Shown piece by piece: positions 55,190 through 64,000 of a stretch of DNA of 64,000 nt (positions are counted from its first letter, which is position 1; every line of letters starts with the position of its first letter). The DNA is from Eledone cirrhosa. Lineage: Eukaryota. A program made the translations under genes and the position numbers. The notes beneath the pieces are model-generated. The model did not search any database. It saw nothing but the letters and a program-made list of their open reading frames with translations, and had not been told where the DNA came from. The DNA is taken from NCBI GenBank assembly GCA_964016885.1, contig OZ024744.1:11780001-11844000 (forward strand). The letters run 5' to 3'.

Positions 55190-58100
55190 GTCGTGTTGTT
55201 ATACTCCAATATGTTATGATGTTGTACTCCAATATATTGTGTTGTTGTACTCCAATATGTTGTGTTGCTGTACTCCAATATGTTGTGTCGTTGTACTCCA
55301 ATATGTTGTGTTGTTGTACTCCAATATGTTGTGCTGTTGTACTCCAATATGTTGTTGTACTCCAATATGTCATGTTGTCGTACTCCAATATTTCGTGTTG
55401 TTGTACTCCAATATGTCATGGTGTTGTACTCCAATATGTTGTGTTGTTGTACTCCAATATGTTGTGTTGCTGTACTCCAATATGTTGTGTTGTTGTACTC
55501 CAATATGTTGTGTTGTTGTACTCCAATATGTTGTGTTGTTGTACTCCAATATATTGTGTTGTTGTACTCCAATATGCCATGTTGTTATACTCCAATATGT
55601 CGTGGTGTTGTACTCCAATATGTCATGTTGTTGTACTCCAATATTTCGTGTTGTTGTACTCCAATATGTCATAGGGGTTGTACTCCAATATGGTGTGTTG
55701 TTGTACTCCAATATGCTGTGTTGCTGTACTCCAATAGGTTGTGTTGTTGTTCTCCAATATGCTGTGTTGGCTGTGCTCCAATACGTTGTGTTGTTGTACT
55801 CCAATATGTTGTGCTGCTGTACTCCAATATGTTGTGTTGTTGTACTCCAATATGTTGTGTTGTTGTACTCCAATATGTTGTGTTGTTGTACTCCAATCTA
55901 TATCGCTGTTGTACTCCAATATTTTGTGTTGTTATATTCCAATATGTTGTGTTGTTATACTCCAATATGTTGTGCTGTTATACTCCAATATGTTGTGTTG
56001 TTGTACTCCAATATGTTGTGCTGTTATACTCAAATATTTTGTGTTGTTATACTCCAATATGTGGTATTGTTGTACTCCAATATGTTGTGCTGTTGTACTC
56101 CAATATGTTGTGTTGTTATACTCCAACATGTTGTGTTGTTATACTCCAATATGTTGTGTTGTTATACTCGAATATGTTGTGTTGTTATACTCGAATATCT
56201 TGTGTTGTTATACTCGAATATGTTGTGCTGTTGTACTCCAATATGTCGTGTTGTTGTACTCCAATATATCATGTAGTTGTACTCCAATATTTCGTGTTGT
56301 TGTACCTCAATATGTAGTGTTGTTTATACTCCAATATGTTTTGCTGTTGTACTCCAATATGTTGTGTTGCTGTACTCCTATATGTTGTGTTGTTATTCTC
56401 CAATATGTTGTGTTGTTGTACTCCAATCTGTTGTGTTGTTGTAGTCCAATATGTTGTGTTGTCGTACTCCAATATGTTGTGTTGTTATACTCCAATATTT
56501 CGTGTGGTTGTACTCCAATATGTCATGGTGTTGTACTTCAATATGTCGTGTTGTTGTACTCCAATATGTTGTCTTGCTGTACTCCAATCTGTTGTGTTGT
56601 TGTACTTCAATATGTTCTGTTGTTGTGCTCCAATATATTGTATTGTTGTACTCCAATATGTTGTGTTGTTGTACTCCAATATGCTGTGTTGTTGTACTCC
56701 AATATGTTGTGTTGTTGTACTCCAATATGTTGTGTTGTTGTACTCCAATATCTTGTGTTCTTATACTCCAATATGTTGTGTTGTTATACTCCAATATGTT
56801 GTGTTGTTGTACTCCAATATGTTGTGCTGTTGTACTCCAATATGATGTGCTGTTGTACTCCAATATGTCATGTTATACTCCAATAAGTTGTGTTCTTGTA
56901 CTCCAATATGTTGTGTTGTTGTACTCCAATATATCATGTTGTCGTACTCCAATATGTCATGTTATACTCCAATATGTCATTGTTGTACTCCAATATGTCG
57001 TGTTGTTGTACTCCAATATGTCGTGTTGTTGTACTCCAATATGTTGTGTTGTTGTACTCCAATATGTTGTGTTGTTGTACTCCAATATGTTGTGTTGTTA
57101 TACTCCAATATGTTATGTTGTTGTACTCCAATATGTCATGTTGTTGTACTCCAATATGTTTTGATGTTGTACTCCAATATGTTGTGTTGTTGTACTCCAA
57201 TATGTTTTGATGTTGTACTCCAATATGTTGTGTTGTTGTACTCCAATATGTTGTGTAGTCGTACTCCAACATGGTGTGTTGTTGTACTCCAATATGCTGT
57301 GATGTTGTACTCCAATATGATGTGCTGTTGTACTCCAATGCGTTGTGTTGTTGTACTCCAATATGCTGTGTTGTTATACTCCAATATGTTGTGTTGTTAT
57401 ACTCCAATATGTTGTGTTGTTATACTCCAATATGTTGTGTTGTTTTACTCCAATATGTTGTATTGTTGATCTCCAATATGTCATATTATACTCCAATAAG
57501 TTGTGTTCTTGTACTCCAATATGTGTTGTTGTTGTACTCCAATATGTTGCGTTGTTGTACTCCAATATATCATGTTGTCGTACTCCAATATGTCATGTTA
57601 TACTCCAATATGTTTTGATGCTGTACTCCAATATGTTGTGTTGTTGTACTACAATATGTTGTGTTGTTGTACTCCAATATGTTGTGTTGTTATACTCCAA
57701 TATGTTGTGCTGTTGTACTCCAATATGTTGTGTTGTTATACTCCAATATGTAGTGTTGTTATACTCCAATATGTTGTGTTGTTGTACTCCAATCTGTTGT
57801 GTTGTTATACTCCAATATATTGTGTTGTTATACTCCAATATGTTGTGTTGTTTTACTCCAATATGTTGTGTTGTTGTACTCCAATATGTTGTATTGTTGT
57901 TCTCCAATATGTCATGTTATACTCCAATAAGTTGTGTTCTTGTACTCCAATATGTTGTGTTGTTGTACTCCAATATGTTGTGTTGTTGTACTCCAATATA
58001 TCATGTTGTCGTACTCCAATATGTCATGTTATACTGCAATATGTCATTGTTGTACTCCAATATGTCGTGTTGTTGTACTCCAATATGTCGTGTTGTTGTA

Positions 58101-61100
58101 CTCCAATATGTTGTGTTGTTGTACTCCAATATGTTGTGTTGTTGTACTCCAATATGTTGTGTTGTTATACTCCAATATGTTATGTTGTTGTACTCCAATA
58201 TGTCATGTTGTTGTACTCCAATATGTTTTGATGTTGTACTCCAATATGTCGTGTTGTTATACTCCAATATGTTATGATGTTGAACTCCAATATATTGTGT
58301 TGTTGTACTCCAATATGTTGTGTTGCTGTACTCCAATATGTTGTGTCGTTGTACTCCAATATGTTGTGTTGTTGTACTCCAATATGTTGTGTTGTTGTAC
58401 TCCAATATGTTGTTGTACTCCAATATGTCATGTTGTCGTACTCCAATATTTCGTGTTGTTGTACTCCAATATGGCATGGTGTTGTACTCCAATATGTTGT
58501 GTTGTTGTACTCCAATATGTTGTGTTGTTGTACTCCAATATGTTGTGTTGTTGTACTCCAATATGTTGTGTTGTTGTACTCCAATATGTTGTGTTGTTGT
58601 ACTCCAATATACCATGTTGTTATACTCCAATATGTCGTGGTGTTGTACTCCAATATGTCATGTTGTTGTACTCCAATATTTCGTGTTGTTGTACTCCAAT
58701 ATGTCATAGGGGTTGTACTCCAATATGGTGTGTTGTTGTACTCCAATATGCTGTGTTGCTGTACTCCAATAGGTTGTGTTGTTGTACTCCAATATGCTGT
58801 GTTGGCTGTGCTCCAATACGTTGTGTTGTTGTACTCCAATATGTTGTGCTGCTGTACTCCAATATGTTGTGTTGTTGTACTCCAATATGTTGTGTTGTTG
58901 TACTCCAATATGTTGTGTTGTTGTACTCCAATCTATATCGCTGTTGTACTCCAATATGTTGTGTTGTTGTACTCCAATATGTTGTGCTGTTGTACTCCAA
59001 TATGTTGTGCTGTTGTACTCCAATATTTTGTGCTGTTATACTCCAATATATTGTGTTGTTATACTCCAATATGTTGTGTTGTTGTACTCCAAAATATTGT
59101 GTTGTTATACTCCAATATGTTGTGTTGTTATACTCCAATATGTTGTGCTGTTATACTCCAATATGTTGTGTTGTTGTACTCCAATATGTTGTGCTGTTAT
59201 ACTCCAATATTTTGTGTTGTTATACTCCAATATGTGGTATTGTTGTACTCCAATATGTTGTGCTGTTGTACTCCAATATGTTGTGTTGTTATACTCCAAC
59301 ATGTTGTGTTGTTATACTCCAATATGTTGTGTTGTTATACTCGAATATGTTGTGTTGTTATACTCGAATATCTTGTGTTGTTATACTCGAATATGTTGTG
59401 CTGTTGTACTCCAATATGTCGTGTTGTTGTACTCCAATATATCATGTAGTTGTACTCCAATATTTCGTGTTGTTGTACCCCAATATGTAGTGTTGTTTAT
59501 ACTCCAATATGTTTTGCTGTTGTACTCCAATATGTTGTGTTGCTGTACTCCTATATGTTGTGTTGTTATTCTCCAATATGTTGTGTTGTTGTACTCCAAT
59601 CTGTTGTGTTGTTATACTCCAATGTGTTGTGTTGTTATACTCCAATATGTTGTGTTGTTGTAGTCCAATATGTTGTGTTGTCGTACTCCAATATGTTGTG
59701 TTGTTATACTCCAATATTTCGTGTGGTTGTACTCCAATATGTCATGGTGTTGTACTTCAATATGTCGTGTTGTTGTACTCCAATATGTTGTCTTGCTGTA
59801 CTCCAATCTGTTGTATTGTTGTACTTCAATATGTTCTGTTGTTGTACTCCAATATATTGTGTTGTTGTACTCCAATATGTTGTGTTGTTGTACTCCAATA
59901 TGCTGTGTTGTTGTACTCCAATATGTTGTGTTGTTGTACTCCAATATGTTGTGTTGTTGTACTCCAATATCTTGTGTTCTTATACTCCAATATGTTGTGT
60001 TGTTATACTCCAATATGTTGTGTTGTTGTACTCCAATATGTTGTGCTGTTGTACTCCAATATGATGTGCTGTTGTACTCCAATATGTTGTATTGTTGTTC
60101 TCCAATATGTCATGTTATACTCCAATAAGTTGTGTTCTTGTACTCCAATATGTTGTGTTGTTGTACTCCAATATATCATGTTGTCGTACTCCAATATGTC
60201 ATGTTATACTCCAATATGTCATTGTTGTACTCCAATATGTCGTGTTGTTGTACTCCAATATGTCGTGTTGTTGTACTCCAATATGTTGTGTTGTTGTACT
60301 CCAATATGTTGTGTTGTTGTACTCCAATATGTTGTGTTGTTATACTCCAATATGTTATGTTGTTGTACTCCAATATGTCATGTTGTTGTACTCCAATATG
60401 TTTTGATGTTGTACTCCAATATGTTGTGTTGTTGTACTCCAATATGTTTTGATGTTGTACTCCAATATGTTGTGTTGTTGTACTCCAATATGTTGTGTAG
60501 TCGTACTCCAATATGTTGTGTTGTTGTACTCCAATATGCTGTGATGTTGTACTCCAATATGATGTGCTGTTGTACTCCAATGCGTTGTGTTGTTGTACTC
60601 CAATATGCTGTGTTGTTATACTCCAATATGTTGTGTTGTTATATTCCAATATGTTGTGTTGTTATACTCCAATATGTTGTGTTGTTTTACTCCAATATGT
60701 TGTATTGTTGATCTCCAATATGTCATATTATACTCCAATAAGTTGTGTTCTTGTACTCCAATATGTGTTGTTGTTGTACTCCAATATGTTGCGTTGTTGT
60801 ACTCCAATATATCATGTTGTCGTACTCCAATATGTCATGTTATACTCCAATATGTTTTGATGCTGTACTCCAATATGTTGAGTTGTTGTATTACAATATG
60901 TTGTGTTGTTGTACTCCAATATGTTGTGTTGTTATACTCCAATATGTTGTGCTGTTGTACTCCAATATGTTGTGTTGTTATACTCCAATATGTAGTGTTG
61001 TTATACTCCAATATGTTGTGTTGTTGTACTCCAATCTGTTGTGTTGTTATACTCCAATATATTGTGTTGTTATACTCCAATATGTTGTGTTGTTTTACTC

Positions 61101-61280
61101 CAATATGTTGTGTTGTTGTACTCCAATATGTTGTATTGTTGTTCTCCAATATGTCATGTTATACTCCAATAAGTTGTGTTCTTGTACTCCAATATGTTGT
61201 GTTGTTGTACTCCAATATGTTGTGTTGTTGTACTCCAATATATCATGTTGTCGTACTCCAATATGTCATGTTATACTCCA
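55190..61280 (+). repeat. Near-tandem ~3.1-3.2-kb HOR pair (~55.2-58.0 kb vs ~58.25-61.3 kb)
   Basis: ORF offsets 3058 (55262/58320), 3035 (55623/58658), 3173 (56336/59509), 3219 (56451/59670) and 3242 (56890/60132, 57345/60587). All differ by multiples of 23. Confidence 0.82.
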
Positions 61281-63614
61281 ATATGTCGTTGTTATACTCC
61301 AATATGTCGTGTTCTTGTACTCCAATATGTCGTGTTGTCGTACTCCAATATGTTGTGTTGTTGTACTCCAATATGTTGTGCTGTTGTACTCCAATATGTT
61401 GTGTTCTTGTACTCCAATATGTTGTGTTGTTATACTCCAATATGCTGTGCTGTTGTACTCCAATATTTCGTGTTGTTGTACTCCAATACGTCGTGTTGTA
61501 CTCCAATATGTTGTGTTGTTATACTCCAATATGTTATGTTGTTGTACTCCAATGTGTCTTGTTGTTGTACTCCAATATGTTTTGATGTTGTACTCCAATA
61601 TGTTGTGTTGTTGTACTCCAATATGTTTTGATGTTGTACTCCAATATGTTGTGTTGTTGTACTCCAATATGTTGTGTAGTCGTACTCCAATATGTTGTGT
61701 TGTTGTACTCTAATATGTTTTGTTTTTATTCTCCAATATGTTGTGATGTTGTACTCCAATGTGTTGTGTTGTTGTACTCCAATGTGATGTGTTGTTGTAC
61801 TCCAATATGTTGTGCTGTTGTACTCCAATATTTTTTTGTTTTTTGTACTCCAATATGATGTGTTGTTATACTCCAATATGTTGTGTTGTTATACTCCAAT
61901 ATGGTGTGTTGTTGTACTCCAATATGTTGTATTGTTTTCTCCAATATGTCATGTTATACTCCAATATGGTGTGTTCGTGTACTCCAATATGTTGTGTTAT
62001 TGTACTCCAATATGTTGCGTTGTTGTACTCCAATATGTTGTGTTGTTATACTCCAATATGTCGTGTGGCTGTACTCCAATATGTCATGTTGTTGTACTCC
62101 AATATGTCTTGTTATAGTCCAATATGTCGTGTTGTTGTACTCCAATATATCATGTAGTTGTATTCCAATATTTCGTGTTGTTGTACCCCAATATGTAGTG
62201 TTGTTTATACTCCAATATGTTTTGCTGTTGTACTCCAATATGTTGTGTTGCTGTACTCCTATATGTTGTGTTGTTATTCTCCAATATGTTGTGCTGTTGT
62301 ACTCCAATGTGTTGTGTTGTTATACTCCAATGTGTTGTGTTGTTATACTCCAATATGTTGTGTTGTTGTAGTCCAATATGTTGTGTTGTCGTACTCCAAT
62401 ATGTTGTGTTGTTATACTCCAATATTTCGTGTGGTTGTACTCCAATATGTCATGGTGTTGTACTTCAATATGTCGTGTTGTTGTACTCCAATATGTTGTC
62501 TTGTTGTACTCCAATCTGTTGTATTGCTGTACTTCAATATGTTCTGTTGTTGTACTCCAATATATTGTGTTGTTGTACTCCAATATGTTGTGTTGTTGTA
62601 CTCCAATATGTTGTGTTGTTGTACTCCAATATGTTGTGTTGTTGTACTCCAATATGTTGTGTTGTTGTACTCCAATATCTTGTGTTCTTATACTCCAATA
62701 TGTTGTGTTGTTATACTCCAATATGTTGTGTTGTTGTACTCCAATATGTTGTGCTGTTGTACTCCAATATGATGTGCTGTTGTACTCCAATATGTTGTGT
62801 TGTTGTACTCCAATGTGTTGTGTTGTTGTACTCCAATATGTTGTGCCGTTGTACTCCAATATTTTTTTTGTTTTTGTACTCCAAAATGTTGTGTTGTTAT
62901 ACTCCAATATGTTGTGTTGGTGTACTCCAATATGGTGTGCTGTTGTTCTCCAAATCTCGTGTTGTTATACTCCAATGTGTTGTGTTGTTATACTCCAATA
63001 TGGTGTGTTGTTGAACTCCAATATGTTGTATTGTTTTTCTCCAATATGTCATGTTATACTCCAATATGTTGTGTTCGTGTACTCCAATATGTTGTGTTAT
63101 TGTACTCCAATATGTTGCGTTGTTGTACTCCAATATGTTGTGTTGTTATACTCCAATATGTTGTGTTGTTGTACTCCAATATGTCATGTTGTTGTACTCC
63201 AGTATGTCTTGTTATACTCCAATATGTCGTGTTGCTGTACACCAATATGTCATGCTGTTGTACTCCAATATTTCGTGTCGTTGTACTCCAATATGTTGTG
63301 CTTTTGTACTCCAATATGTTTTGCTGTTGTACTCCACTGTGTTGTGTTGTTGAACTCCAATATGTTGTGTTGTTGTTCTCCAATATTTTGTGCTGTTGTA
63401 CTCCAATGTGTTGTGTTGTTATACTCCAATATGTTGTGTTGTGATACTCCAATGTGTTGTGTTGTTGTACTCCAATATGTTGTGTTGTTGTACTCCAATA
63501 TGTTGTGTTGTTATACACCAATGTGGTGTGCTGTTGTAATCCAATATGTTATGTTGTACTCCAATATGTTGTGTTGTTATACTCCAATATCTAGTGTTGT
63601 TATACTCCAATATG

Positions 63615-64000
63615 TTTATTGTTGTTCTCCAATATGTCATGCTATACTCCAATAAGTTGTGTTCTTGTACTCCAATATGTTTTGTTGTTGTACTCCAATA
63701 TGTTGTGTTGTTGTACTCCAATATATCATGTTGTCGTACTCCAATATGTCATGTTATACTCCAATATGTCGTTGTTATACTCCAATATGTCATGTTGCTG
63801 TACTCCAACATGTCGTGTTGTAGTACTCCAATATGTTTTGATGTTGTACTCCAATATGTTGTGTTGTTGTACTCCAATATGTTGTGTTGTTGTACTCCAA
63901 TATGTTGTGTTGTTATACTCCAATATGTTGTGCTGTTGTACTCCAATATGTCATGTTGTTGTACTCCGATATTTCGTGTTGTTCTACTCCAATATTTCGT
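63615..64000 (+). repeat. Partial second copy of the distinctive 54.35-55.2 kb variant module, truncated by the window edge
   Basis: Offset 9263 (54463/63726). Shares GTCATGCTATACTC, CCAACATGTCGTGTTGTAGTACT and CTCCGATATTTCGTGTTGTTCTACT. Confidence 0.85.

Larger units (their letters stand above)
1..64000 (+). repeat. 23-bp tandem satellite array (consensus ACTCCAATATGTTGTGTTGTTGT), about 2,800 monomers, single orientation, running off both window edges
   Basis: The ACTCCAAT core recurs about every 23 bp from base 1 to 64000 with no intervening unique DNA. A minority of monomers are 18-26 bp. The consensus is directly readable, e.g. 940-1070. Confidence 0.99.

Noticed and set aside
33-63946. 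Hundreds of ORFs encoding Cys/Val/Leu-rich (+) or Thr/Asn/Gln-rich, mucin-like (-) proteins
   Set aside because: They overlap in all six frames, are direct translations of the 23-bp repeat, have no unique domains, and start and stop at incidental variants. Indels of 1, 2 and 5 bp are tolerated.
1-64000. CRISPR-like array (constant ACTCCAAT repeat plus variable spacers)
   Set aside because: The variable parts are only ~13 bp and are point variants of a single consensus, not unrelated spacers. They recur in duplicated blocks, and there is no leader or cas gene.
1-64000. Telomerase-made long telomeric repeat (TG-rich 23-mer reminiscent of budding-yeast telomere units)
   Set aside because: Template-synthesised repeats would not show heritable kilobase HORs of variant monomers across more than 64 kb. 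There are no G-runs, and I recognise no match to a known telomere unit. A recombination-maintained subtelomeric location cannot be excluded.
1-64000. Fungal RIP signature (frequent TG>TA variants)
   Set aside because: The + strand CpA in CCAAT is almost never mutated to TpA (only isolated CTAAT at ~6369, 7765, 43521, 61710), and recent HOR copies are near-identical. RIP would hit both strands heavily.
1-64000. Promoter CCAAT boxes or p53-like half-sites (CAACATGTTG)
   Set aside because: These are short motifs intrinsic to the monomer or a rare variant, with no associated gene or promoter context. Not supportable as regulatory features.
1-64000. Synthetic or purely artefactual sequence (sequencing stutter, collapsed repeat)
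   Set aside because: Variants are hierarchically shared between distant blocks, with private SNPs and whole-monomer indels, as expected of an evolved satellite. Individual junctions still need read-level validation.

Overview
The whole 64-kb window is one uninterrupted head-to-tail satellite array of about 2,800 copies of a 23-bp monomer, consensus ACTCCAATATGTTGTGTTGTTGT (A4 C3 G5 T11, about 35% GC). All copies are in the same orientation. I saw no unique sequence, inversion, transposon insertion, RNA gene or credible protein-coding gene. The ORF track is an artefact: the consensus has no stop codon on either strand, and because 23 is not divisible by 3, every 69 bp yields the same 23-aa peptide in all frames. 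The information lies in the ordered monomer variants, which define nested higher-order repeats (HORs): an old ~431-bp duplication, tandem or near-tandem blocks with periods of ~3.1-3.2, 4.6, 4.9, 8.5, 13.4 and 14.5 kb, and a ~36.4/41-kb long-range copy. Offsets were read from identical ORF translations and spot-checked against diagnostic variants, so block boundaries are approximate. Larger differences between HOR copies are whole-monomer indels. The architecture suggests eukaryotic (peri)centromeric or heterochromatic satellite DNA (inference); I cannot identify the organism or satellite family. I found no support for a novel protein-coding or CRISPR-like system.
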